Below the pieces are notes generated by a model. The model had not been told where the DNA came from. It saw nothing but the letters and a program-made list of their open reading frames with translations, and ran no database searches. Source: Chara braunii (lineage: Eukaryota > Plantae > Charophyceae). From it: DNA of 64,000 bases. Shown piece after piece: positions 1-11,814 of this stretch. The first letter of the stretch is position 1, and each line of letters begins with the position of its first letter. The stretch covers positions 2,724,756 through 2,788,755 of the forward strand of contig BFEA01000026.1 in the NCBI GenBank assembly GCA_003427395.1. The letters are read 5' to 3'. A program made the position numbers and the translations under genes.

Positions 1-40
<40 letters not shown>

Positions 41-42
<2 letters not shown>

Positions 43-1985
43 CTTTCTGCTGTTGTCACAATCCTGCCACGTGGCAGCTATGTGGTTGGTTGATCAGGAC
101 TGATCTATTGCGACCAGCCGCTTGTGATTTCTTCACTTCTCCCTCCTCTTTCCCCTCCTCCTTTTCCTCCCCCTGTTCCTGCTGCTGCTTCTGTTGCTCG
201 ATCTCCCTCTCCCTCCTCTTTCCGATTGCTTCATTCTCTTTTTTTCTCCCTTTTCCTAAGCTGGAAAACTTTCTGCTGTTGTCACAATCCTTCCACGTGG
301 CAGCTATGTGGTTGACCGTGACTGATCTATTGTGACCAGCCGCTTGTGATTTTTCACTTGTGTTTTCTCTCCCTCCTGTTTCCTCTCCTCCTTTTCCTCC
401 TCCTGCTCCTGCTGCTGCTGCTGTTGCTGCTGCTCTATCTCCCTCTCCCTCCTCTTTCCGATTGCTTCTTGCTCCTCCTTTCTCTTCTTGCTCCTTCTTT
501 CTCCCTCTTCCCTCTACAATTATCTATGCTTATCTAAAGCGGCTACCCTGATGATGATTACAATAAGAATGATGGTGTTCTCTTCTGCAAATTATTCAGC
601 GCAAATTATTCAGCGCTAAATTGGGTTTGCTAACTTTACTTTTTGACGTGATTTTCATTAAAGATCTTCCAATCGTCAAGTGGAACACTTCTTGCTAATT
701 TTTAGGTTTTGGTTAGTTGATCCTTAATTGGGAATTCTTTTTGTGTTGAAATATTAGCCAGGACTATGGTTTCTGTTTTGTAGACAATTTAGGGTTAGGG
801 ATCATTACAGTAATTGCATCGGGCATACGTTAGGAGTTTGTGTGGTGGTTTTTGTATATTAATAAAAGTAGAATTAGTCGATACATTGGAATCCTGCCAC
901 TTGGCAGACAATTGGTTGACTGAGACTGGTCGATGGACCTGCCATTATACATTATAATCGGATGATACTCTGGAGATTATCCATAATGACAGGCTTGATG
1001 TTGCCCCCCATCAAGCATGTCATTTTTGAATAATCTTCATTTGCTGTAGCTCACAGTAGGCTTGCCCCCTTGGGCCCCTTTGTTGCCCTTTGACTGAAAT
1101 TCCCTTTGGCTGTTGGATTGGAGAGAGTTGGACAAAATTGGGCTTACTGGAAATCTGCGCTGCTTGAAATTGGGCTTAATTTGTAGAGGTGAACACTTCT
1201 TTATGTTTTTTTAGGTTTTGGTTAATTAGTTCTTAATTGGGAATTCATTTTGTGTTGAATATTAGTCATGATCACGGGTTCTGCTTTGTACATTTCTTAG
1301 GGTTAGGGATGATCACGGTAATTGTATGTGCTGTTGCTCATCCGGGATCTGTTGACGCTTTGGGTAGAATGAACATTTGCAGGGGCCTACGAGAATGACG
1401 GGCCGGATGCTACAGCCCACATTGGTCCTGTCACTCTCGATGACCCCTGCCTGCTTGCCTCTTCGCTGCTGCGGATTACCTCGTCTTGGTTACGTAGTGG
1501 AGGGTGCCGCACTAAATGACGGCATAAAGCTGTTCTTTCGATGTTTAGGTAATTCAGGATTGATTACTGGTAGATTTTTTATTTTTTTTTATTTTTTTTT
1601 TTTAAAAACGGGCCCGGTGCCCAAGGCTGATATTACCAATAAGAAGATTGAGGTTTAACGTTCACATTAGAAAAGGGTTATTGGAACAGAGAGATGTGTG
1701 TGTGTGCAACTTCGTAGACTTGGCAACTAGGGTAGACCCCTAAGATGGTTTTGTTTTTGTTGTTTTCTTTAACTTTTTTTATGAATCCTTTTGTGCTGTG
1801 TGAAATTCAGGATTGATTACTGGTAGATTAGGGTTGATTTTCACATTAGATTAGGGTTATTGGAACAGGATATGTGCATGACATTGTGTGCAACTTGGCT
1901 GACTTGACAATTAGGGTAGACGGGTGAGGTGGTTTTGTTTTTGTTGGGCTTTTTATAGATTTTTCTGTGCTGTGTGAAGCTGCGG
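41..1985 (+). repeat. Serial diverged direct duplications
   Basis: 41-260 vs 268-520; 682-830 vs 1190-1330; 1550-1802 vs 1803-1980. Confidence 0.8.
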
Positions 1986-2240
1986 TTGGGGATGGGTTTG
2001 GCCGAAAGTGCCTTGTCCAGCTCCGCATGGCTGTGGCATAAATGTAGTTATTCATAGTTTTCCAACCTTCTAATTTTCTTGAATTTCCTCAATAATTCCC
2101 AGATTGATTCTTAGCGGAAGCCGGGTAATGGCCCTGGTATCTCAAATGACTTGTGTAACTCTACATGGGACGCTGGGCCCGGTTCCCAGCACGTGCTGCT
2201 CGCCACGAATAGATTGGAGCATTTGTCCCCCCCACGCCCC

Positions 2241-2288
<48 letters not shown>

Positions 2289-3299
2289 ACCCTTCCCACC
2301 CCGCTCGCTCTATCTTCCTCCCCTTCGAGGCCGTCTCCAGCGTAAATACCCCCGCGGCACTCTCCACCGCCCGTCTCGGTTTTTCGCAGAGAAAGAAGCC
2401 ACAACTGCGCGCGCTATCAGAAGGATCGTCATTGCGTGTTCCCGCCGCTTTTGCGCCTTAGCCAAACATCTGGCGCCAAACCAACACACATTTGTTGCCG
2501 CATGTGGCGCCCGGCGGGCGGGGTTGCCCGAGTGCCCGAGAGAGTAAACGAGAAGGCAAAGAAATCGACTCTCGACGTGGAAGGAGCTACGCGTCTTGTC
2601 TTCAAGTCGTCAAGTCCAGTCGTATCTCGTATCTCGTCTATGTAGTTTAGGAGTAGTGCAGTTGCAGTCGCAGTCACTCACGTACGATTACGATACGACG
2701 GGGAGGGAGGGGAGAAGGGGGGTGGACGACGGTTGACGGACGGACGGAGGAGNCCCAAAAAAAAAAAAAAAAAAAAAAAAAGCTTTATATTATGTGAAAT
2801 ACACATCTGTAAATTTTCAGGGCATTTGGCTATCCCAAGAAAAATGAAAAATCGCCAAAGATGGTGGTGTCTAAAATGTGCTTGCCCACTCACTAATCTT
2901 AATTCTCTTTTCATTTTGCTTTCTTGTCTTATTATGATTTGTTTTTCGTATTTTATTTTTATTTCACATTTGGTAAAGAATTCGGATATAACGCTGAGGC
3001 AACTGTTGTTCGTTTTATTTTTCTGCATAACATATATTGTTTTCAGATTGTTTGGGCTTTTTTTTTTTTTTTTTTTGTGAGGTCCNCGTTCGGCCTGGAC
3101 GGCCGAACGCATCCCCAAGGGGGGCCGAATGTCCAGCAGGTTCGGGTTCGGGAGTTCGGCCTGAACGCCCGCAACCCTAATAATTAGTAATTACAATAAA
3201 AACAAGGCCTGACAGGCCGTCCTGTCGAGATTCAACAGGTAATTTAATTGGTTGGGCTTTGGAAATAGCCTTTTCAAAAAAAACAAAGAAAAAGATACG

Positions 3300-3421
3300 G
3301 GGCCTCGCACCAATACTCTCCACATGCACAAAAGACAAACCACATGGCAATAAATCTTTCCATGTTCTATCAGCGGGTGCAGTCGCATTACGCACATTTG
3401 GATGGTAGTGCAGCGAGGCCC
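3300..3421. mobile_element. ~125-bp MITE family with GGGCCTCGC termini (other copies ~8770-8895, 8922-9048, 11520-11633, 13655-13790)
   Basis: Short TIRs plus shared interior (tgcacaaaagaca...catgttcta..gaagattcatt). Confidence 0.7.
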
Positions 3422-3636
3422 ATCATCATCAAACTGACCAGCCCCAGGTAATTCAGAAAAGCGCCTGCTCTTCAATCAGGGCTCTTTTTGCACAAAAAAA
3501 AAATAAAAAAAAATGGGCAGCTTGTCCTTCTCCGATGACCATAGACGTACGCACTCGAGACATGTCCTTTTTGCTAGTCTTTAATGAGGACCAGAAAAAC
3601 AGTGAGGCTTGATGGACATGTCTTTTTTGGACTCCA

Positions 3637-3749
3637 CCTTCTTCACCCGAATAGAACACCCAGTAATTATCGCCGTATTTGGGCTGAAAGTTGTGCCAAA
3701 TACAGCTATAAGCCTATAATGACCAGGCGTTATATTCGGGTGAAGACGG
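3637..3749. mobile_element. Related MITE with the same TIR type
   Basis: ccttcttcacccgaatagaacacc ... ggcgttatattcgggtgaagacgg. Confidence 0.7.
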
Positions 3750-3754
3750 TGGTT

Positions 3755-4020
3755 TCTTAGCCCACCACCTAGAGATATGCCGTTGGTCCCCCACAGTGGC
3801 ATTGAGCAGAGACTGCTGATGTTCATAGGGGGAGGGGACCAGAGGAGAGACACAGTGGCTGGCCCATCGAAGAAGCTCAGTCCTGATGCTACTGGCTGAC
3901 CCCTGGCCCGTATCGCCCACCTGCTGTAGCAGGTATCACACCTGATGGTGGGTGCAGTTCCCGCATGTGCCCTCGTTGTAGGCTTGAGCACGGATGTGGC
4001 TGTTACGGGGGCTCCCGGTG
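3755..4020 (+). mobile_element. 5'-truncated copy of the same SINE
   Basis: ccacctagagata...ggcattgagcagag...ctgctgtagcaggtatc...ggatgtggctg matches the other copies. Confidence 0.75.
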
Positions 4021-4441
4021 ATACGATAATGACAATAAAAAAGGCCTGATAGGCCGTCCTGTTCAGATTCAACAGGTATTTGGAATTGATTGGGCTTCAA
4101 GAATTAGCATTATTAAAATGTAAAATAAAAAAGAGACAACTACGTCTGTGACCGGTGCAGAGTTCCAAATTCGCGGAAATAACAGTCCACTGCAACTTCG
4201 GGCTGAGAGCAGTTCAAAACTGCAAAAGAAACAGTAAGTGATGCCTTTGACGGCCTGCCAGTTGAACAATTGGCAAAAACGGGAGGTACCAGAACCGGTA
4301 CCGGTCGTTTTCCTGTGGACTGGCCTGGGAGCAGGTACCCATCCTCCCATTTTTGCCCTCTGGCCGGAGGCGGATTGGATTGGAAAACGACCCTGCGCCA
4401 GAAGTGGACCGTGGCACACGCCCTCCCAACACCCACCTAAG

Positions 4442-4526
<85 letters not shown>

Positions 4527-4627
4527 GGCACCGGCGCGCGCTCTCGTGCAAGCATGAGTGCGAGAGCATGCGCGGGCGCGGGCCCCTCTCTGTTGATGTT
4601 CATAAGGGAATAATTCGAGCTATCTTC

Positions 4628-5032
4628 NNNNNNNNNNNNNNNNNNNNNNNNNNNNNNNNNNNNNNNNNNNNNNNNNNNNNNNNNNNNNNNNNNNNNNNNN
4701 NNNNNNNNNNNNNNNNNNNNNNNNNNNNNNNNNNNNNNNNNNNNNNNNNNNNNNNNNNNNNNNNNNNNNNNNNNNNNNNNNNNNNNNNNNNNNNNNNNNN
4801 NNNNNNNNNNNNNNNNNNNNNNNNNNNNNNNNNNNNNNNNNNNNNNNNNNNNNNNNNNNNNNNNNNNNNNNNNNNNNNNNNNNNNNNNNNNNNNNNNNNN
4901 NNNNNNNNNNNNNNNNNNNNNNNNNNNNNNNNNNNNNNNNNNNNNNNNNNNNNNNNNNNNNNNNNNNNNNNNNNNNNNNNNNNNNNNNNNNNNNNNNNNN
5001 NNNNNNNNNNNNNNNNNNNNNNNNNNNNNNNN
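4628..5032. other. Assembly gap (others: 9925-10312, 14553-14722, 51636-51774, 59701-60572)
   Basis: Runs of N. Confidence 1.
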
Positions 5033-5345
5033 GTTCTTAGTACTTCTTACGCAGATCTGAATAACTTAACAGTTTAAATTTTCAATTTTCATATGAATAT
5101 GAATTAGAAAGTGTAACTTCAAAGTTCCAAGTTCTGCTTTTTAGCCTTTTTTCTGATTTTTGTACTCTTTTCTGAAGTGACTTGGGATTGGTCTGTTGAG
5201 AACTGGTTTCAAGTGTTGTGTGAGCCTTTGTGAATGTTTGTGACAGTATATTGACTCTATTGAGCTGTCAAGTTGTGAATAGCTAAAGACAGTAAGCTGA
5301 GGTTAGTACTGCTTATTACTTTTTTTTTCCTTTTCTTTTATTTCC

Positions 5346-5511
5346 CCCTCGGTCCGGACATTTTTTGTGCCTGGTGTACCGGTCCAGAGGCTCCGGTCCT
5401 GTCTGGTTGTCCGGTGCCTGTCCGGATTACCGGACGTCTGGACCAGTCCAGACAAATGTCTGGGCCTCGGTCCAGACATGTCCGGGTCCGGGTCCGGGTC
5501 CGCGGTTGCTG
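5346..5511. mobile_element. hAT-like terminus with GTCCGG subterminal repeats
   Basis: Dense gtccgg/ccggac motifs ending ...gttgctg; a similar gttcgg-rich end terminating ...gcaacccta lies at 3080-3179. Confidence 0.45.
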
Positions 5512-5709
5512 TGAAAAAAAGCTTCCTCAGCTTTTTGTATCGTGATTTTGTTACCCTTGATCATTTGTGATAGATTTTGGCGTCATTCTTATTTTCCTCT
5601 TCCTTTTTTTTACAGGGGGGAGGGGCCCCACCCAGGGTCAATAGCTGGAGGCCTACCGGCCCTGAATCTCCTTCTTTCCTTTTGCTTTTTTTTTCTTAGT
5701 GTTGGGCAC

Positions 5710-5890
5710 TGTGAAGGCACAGTGACTGGCCCATCGAAGAAGCTTGGTCCTGATGCTACCGGCTGACCCCTGGCCGGTGTCGCCCACCTGCTGTAGCAGG
5801 TATCGCACCTGCTACGGTAGTGGGTGGAGCTCCCGCATGTTCCCTCGTTGGAGGCTTGAGCACGGATGTGGCTGCTATGGGGTTCCCCGT
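5710..5890 (+). mobile_element. 5'-truncated copy of the same SINE
   Basis: Near-identical to 3850-4020. Confidence 0.75.
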
Positions 5891-6010
5891 AATACTATAA
5901 TGACAATAAAAAAAGGCCTGAAAGGCCGTCCTGTCCAGATTTGACAGGTAATTGAATTGGTTGGGCTTAAAGAATTAGCCTTTAAAAAAAAAAAAAAAGA
6001 CATGTATCTA

Positions 6011-6310
6011 GCAGCCTAACTCAGATTGGTAAGGCTCGCAAGTGGCATTCAGGAGGTCGTGGGTTCAATCCCCATTGCCCTCGTGTACCTTCCTGGGCAT
6101 GCTTGGCGCCCGCCACCTAGAGATAGGCCACTGGATCCCCCGATCGGCATTGAGCAGAGTCTGATGATGTTCGTAAAGGAGGGGACCTGAGGGGAGGCAC
6201 AGGGATTGGTCCTGCTGGCATGGTCGCTGATATGGCCCACCTGCAGGTCGGAAGCAGCCCCCACATATTCTCTCGTGAACACGGTTCTGGCTGCAACGGG
6301 CTTCCCCGTA
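6011..6310 (+). mobile_element. tRNA-derived SINE, full-length copy
   Basis: A-box TAACTCAGATTGG, B-box/T-arm GTGGG-TTCAATC-CCCAT; body shared with 3755-4020, 5710-5890 and 25895-26250. Confidence 0.8.
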
Positions 6311-7166
6311 TTGCCTACAATTAGTAGTAGTGATAGGTAGGTAGTGTGAGGTGAAATTGATTGAGAGAAGAATATAGCTTTTCATCTAAGAAAAATAAAC
6401 AAATAAATAAATAAACTTTAATAAAGACGTTTTTTTTGTTTTTTTTTTTTGAGAAAGAATACAAGTCTTTATAAAAGCTGGGAACCGGGCCCGACGTCCC
6501 TTACAAAATAAGGTGGGGCCCTCACCGGGCACGGCATCACCGGCCAAGCACATCAAGGGCACCACTAGATTTCACCCCACAGTCAACTCCACAACCAACT
6601 CCACAGCCCCTTCTACGACTGAAAAATCAACGAAAATTATTAGCAAAAAAATATCCAAGTTCATCACCAAGAAACTCTAATCACAACAGTCGTGACAGCC
6701 CTGCTTTAGTGACCCAAATTCCACCAACCATGAAAAGAAAACCATACGCAAAAGGCAATCAAAACCACAGAAAAGAACCAGCGGTCAGCGCCACTGGATC
6801 ACGTCCTCTATTCATCCAGAGTTACTACCAACCACTGCCAATCCGCCCTGCCGGCCGCGCGGCAGAGGTCTGTGCCCACAGGCCCCAAACTGCTGACAGA
6901 GACCCTGCAAACCCACCCACCTCCTCACGATTTAGGGAAAACCACTTCCACTAATCTGCACCTTCTCACAAGGAAACCCCACCACCCACCATAATGGCGT
7001 TTCTACAGACCGGCACTCTCTCTTTCATTTCATCGCATGCAGAAACGCTACAGAAAAATCACAACAAATTACGATACCCTTATGGCAAACAAGGAAAACA
7101 CCAAAGATCGTCAATACGAAACATAGACTATCAAACTATAGCTGAAGGCCCAACGCTCTTACATGC

Positions 7167-7229
<63 letters not shown>

Positions 7230-7990
7230 GTCATTTGCCACACTCAGACCCTAACACGGGCCTCTCTCTCTCGCTCCTTAAAAAAGAAGAGAAAAAAAAA
7301 AAAAAACAGCCCAATCATCTGCTAGGGGTGCTGATAGGAGCAGACACCACTAGCAACGTCAGGGAAGCTCCATCTATTGGTGGGGAGCAGCACCTGCTGG
7401 AAATCGGGTCCAGCGTCCCTGTATAATACAATGTGATAAACAAAGGTAGTAAGTATGGTTTGTTGGTATGCAGGAGAGACTGGGGAGTAAGTTTCCCAGC
7501 GCTTTATCAGATCTTTGGTACTCAAGTGATCCTACCTGTTTCCCAGCGCTTTATCAGATCTTTGGTTCCTAATGAGCTCAAGTGTCATGGCAGGTCTGTT
7601 AAAAACCTTAACCCCTTACGCCCAGAAGTCCATAAACCCTTATGGTGGGTGGTGGGGTTTCCTTGTGAGAAGGTGCTTCCAGGGGGTCCCCTGTATAGGC
7701 TTAGGACTACTGCCGTAGCGGTAGGTAGAGATAGTGAATGGTGAAATAGAGAGAAGAAAACAGAAAACCACCTCCGATTCAAGTCCAGCGAAGGTACCGC
7801 TGGTGTCTCTTCTTCCCCTCCCTCCCCTTGCCCCCCAGCCTCTCTCTCATCTAGCAGGCAAGCATTCGGCTTGTTCTCGGCCAAGGGGGAAGAGGAAGAG
7901 GTAGACGGGGGGGAGGGGGCATTTTTTTGGTGCATTCTTTTTCTCCGGCGCTCCTTTTCTTTCGTTCTTTCTTTCTTTCTTTGGGAGCAG

Positions 7991-8162
7991 GGCCGAGGTC
8001 CCATCAGCATTAGCAAAGAGGATCGGATCGAATGCCTGAATCTGGATGTGTTTTATGCAGAGATGCAGAACAGCAGTTCAATCTCGATTTCCTGCACCTC
8101 TCTACAAACACGTCCAGATGCAGGCATTCGATCAGATCCTCTTTGATACTGGGACCACGCCC
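7991..8162. mobile_element. PIF/Harbinger-like palindromic MITE
   Basis: ~75-bp inverted arms; CAG on both sides (7988-7990, 8163-8165). Confidence 0.8.
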
Positions 8163-8292
8163 CAGGTTTGGGCGATTCCCCTCGTCTTCGCGACCCTCCA
8201 CTCGGCTTTCCATCCTGCCTTTTTTTTTTTTTTTTTTTTTTTTTCCCATCCCGCCTTGGAGGGCCTGGTTGAACAGGACAGCCGTACAACAG

Positions 8293-8458
8293 GGGCCTGG
8301 TCCCATTAACAGTGAGGATTGGATTTCATTCATGAATCTGGATGTGTTTTGCACAGAGATGCAGAAAAGCATACCAGACGCAATTCTCTGCACCTGTCCA
8401 CGAACACGTCCAGATTCAGGAATGAGATCCAATCCTCTTTGCTGATGGCACCAGGCCC
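8293..8458. mobile_element. Second copy of the same MITE family
   Basis: GGGCCTGG...CCAGGCCC termini; CAG on both sides (8290-8292, 8459-8461); homologous to 7991-8162. Confidence 0.8.
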
Positions 8459-9627
8459 CAGGAGTCGATAAACCAATCGCAAACCGTCATTCTTTATTAG
8501 GGCCTAGTTGTACTAGTACTACTCGCCATGGGCGAAAATTCTGAATGAACATGAGCAGGCAGGTTGTCCTGGTGCATTCAAAACGTTGGCGGATGGCCAG
8601 TAATGCGAGTAGGCCGTCACAGCCTACCACTTCGACAACGTTCGGTCATTAATTATGGCTGTATATGGGGTACCTTTCGGTCTAAATACAGCAATAATGA
8701 CCGTAAGCTGTATTTAGAACCCGAAGATAAAAATAGGAAAAAAAAAAAAAAAAAAAAACGCAGAAAATAGGGCCTCGCTCCACCAGTCACCACCTGCAGA
8801 AAGACAAAAAAAAAAACATGGCGGTGTATCTGTGCATGTCCTAGGGGCAAGTGCATTCATTTCTTCAGATTTTGGTGAATAGTCGAACGAAGGCCATAGT
8901 ACTGTAATTTTTAATCATACGGGGCCTCAGTCCACTACTCACCACCACATGCACAAAAGACAAAAAGAGTTATGACGGTGTATCGGTTCATGTTCTAGCG
9001 GAAGATTCATTCTCGTTTTTCTGCACATTTGGTGAGTGGAGCGAGGCCTATTGCCGCTGTGAGAGCGCGAAATTGCCCAAATGCCCCTGTAGGATTGCCT
9101 GCACATGGACCACAGGTCTGCCCAGGTGCGCACTCTCAACACGGGAACGACTGGACTTTTTCACCCACCTACTCCCGTTTCCCTCCATTTTCACAGGAAA
9201 ACCTACGTCTCCTCTACATCGTGTGACAAGCACTGTCGCATCAAAACCTACGTCTCCTCTACAACGTGTGACAAGCACTGTCGCATCGTATTTCTTTTTT
9301 TCCTACTATACTACAAATCAGGCACGCACTAAAAGTACAACAGTCTTAAGAAAAAAAAAAAGTACGACAGTCGGTAATAAACTCAGTACAATAAAATAAA
9401 ATGACATTCGACAAAGCTGACGCAATCGCAGGGGTGACACGCGTTTCAGCAAAAGAAAAATACACTGCTCTGATGCTAAGTATCAAAGACAAGTCGCGCG
9501 ACAAAAGGGAAGATGGCAATCGGCATGTCGTGCCGAATTCGCATCTCACTCACAATATATATATGAGATAACAACCGAAGCTGCTTTCTCGTATCCACCT
9601 TGTCCTTGTTTCGTCCAATGTCAACTG

Positions 9628-9688
<61 letters not shown>

Positions 9689-10967
9689 GTCATATTTGCT
9701 ATAGACAACTCCGAAAAAAAAGCATGACTGTGCCAAACAGACTGCTTCGTCAGACTTTCATCGACTCATCAGGAGGTTGTGTGTTTGTGTGTGTGTGTGT
9801 GAGCACGCGCGCGTGTTGTCACGTTTGCCCTACACAACACCACAAAAGAAAAGCACGACTGCTACGGTCGTTTAATCGTCGTCCTCCTCGTCCCTGTTTC
9901 GTCCATTCTCCAGTGCCCCTCCCCNNNNNNNNNNNNNNNNNNNNNNNNNNNNNNNNNNNNNNNNNNNNNNNNNNNNNNNNNNNNNNNNNNNNNNNNNNNN
10001 NNNNNNNNNNNNNNNNNNNNNNNNNNNNNNNNNNNNNNNNNNNNNNNNNNNNNNNNNNNNNNNNNNNNNNNNNNNNNNNNNNNNNNNNNNNNNNNNNNNN
10101 NNNNNNNNNNNNNNNNNNNNNNNNNNNNNNNNNNNNNNNNNNNNNNNNNNNNNNNNNNNNNNNNNNNNNNNNNNNNNNNNNNNNNNNNNNNNNNNNNNNN
10201 NNNNNNNNNNNNNNNNNNNNNNNNNNNNNNNNNNNNNNNNNNNNNNNNNNNNNNNNNNNNNNNNNNNNNNNNNNNNNNNNNNNNNNNNNNNNNNNNNNNN
10301 NNNNNNNNNNNNGGTGTGTGTCCGTTCAAACGTTTTCCTCGTTGTCTTCAATCGACAAGTTTGAGAGGGCACACAGTGCACACTCACACGCGCTCTCTAG
10401 AAGATACCTCACCTGATTACAGACTCAGGAAGACGAGGGCTTCAGTCAAAGGGTTCTGTCCGAGCATATGCCAGAATTTGGCACTTTCCACGTACCGAAA
10501 TTCACATTCGGCCCTGGAACACTGATTAACATGCGCCTCGACGGAACACTGAAAAAGTCGGCCCAGAAGAAAGGTCGCCGCGGGACTGAAAAATGAATAC
10601 GGCTCTACAAAAAAAAAAAAAAAAAAAAAAGAATACGGAGTTGTCAAATGGAGAAAGCGGAAAAAGAGAAGGGAGAAGAAACTCAAAAGACTTGTGCTAC
10701 GACGACGCACTTTCATTCGTCGTGTAATGGATCGAGGGTTTCCCGCTATTATGCCAACACCGACGGGTTATGATGAAGCCACCATAGCTCGCTCTGGCAG
10801 ACACAAAAGCAAAATCGTTTCCTCGCGTGCGCTCTTCTTACGACCAATGGAATCGCATCGCTCTATCAAGCGACGCTCGCGAATCGCTTGCTACTCTACT
10901 GCTTTCTTTTCCCATTCTCATCGAGCCAGGTTACACCTCCAAGGAGGATCCAACAACTGGGGACACC

Positions 10968-11131
10968 ACTCGAGCTCTCTGCGTAAATAAAGAGATCGAG
11001 GGAGAACAGACCGAGGGAGCGAAGCACAGAGACACAGACAGACAGACAGAGAGAGAGAGAGAGAGAGGCACTCGAGCTCTCTGCGTAAATAAAGAGATCG
11101 AGGGAGAGCGGATCGAGAGAGCAAAGCTAGG

Positions 11132-11162
<31 letters not shown>

Positions 11163-11290
11163 CAAGCTCTCTGCGTAAATAAAGAGATCGAGGGAGAGCG
11201 GACCGAGAGAGAGAGAGAGAGAGAGCGGACCGAGGGAGCGAAGCACAGACACAATTAGAGAGAGCGGACCGAGGGAGCGAAGCACAGACA
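10968..11290 (+). repeat. Compound minisatellite, 3 units interleaved with (AG)n
   Basis: actcgagctctctgcgtaaataaagagatcgagggag occurs three times. Confidence 0.85.
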
Positions 11291-11814
11291 GAGATAGATA
11301 GACACAGAGAGAGAGAGAGAGAGAGAGAGGAGACTTGTCAATTATCAGGGGCGTCTAATCGGCAGAGAAAAAAATCAGCGGCATCGTCAAAAGAAGAACC
11401 CACACGATCGACCACCTCTGATCACCATTCCTCGTCGCGCATTTCATTGCGCGCCAATTTCGTCACACAGCTTCCGAAGGCACCAGCCACTGAAGTCTTC
11501 CGGTGCGAGATAGGACCACCTCTTTCGCCGCACCACTCACCAAATGCACACACAAAAGACATGTTATCGCCATATGCATCTTTCCATGTTCTAACTGAAG
11601 ATTCATTACTTTCTGAGTGGTGCGGCGAGGCCCTTCTACCGCATATAGCTGCAAAGAAAAAGAAACCAAACACCGTTATCACCGGCGCCTCTGCAACCTG
11701 AATCCAATCACCAAAATTGAAAAATCTGATAATACTGTAATTCACCATACACACTCTTTTTTCTTTTTCCTCACGAAGGCGAGGGCATGTCGGAACGCGT
11801 TGTGCCACAAGATA

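Noticed and set aside
788-800. Telomere-like TTTAGGGTTAGGG (also ~1297-1308)
   Set aside because: Only two units, inside a local duplication; not an interstitial telomere array.
2191-2220. Resemblance of CGTG..CCACG-AATAG to the pistol ribozyme P1/pseudoknot
   Set aside because: The P2 and P3 substrate-binding helices and the catalytic linker are missing.
6011-6085. Functional tRNA gene
   Set aside because: Acceptor and anticodon stems do not pair, there is no T-run terminator, and it continues into a repeated SINE body.
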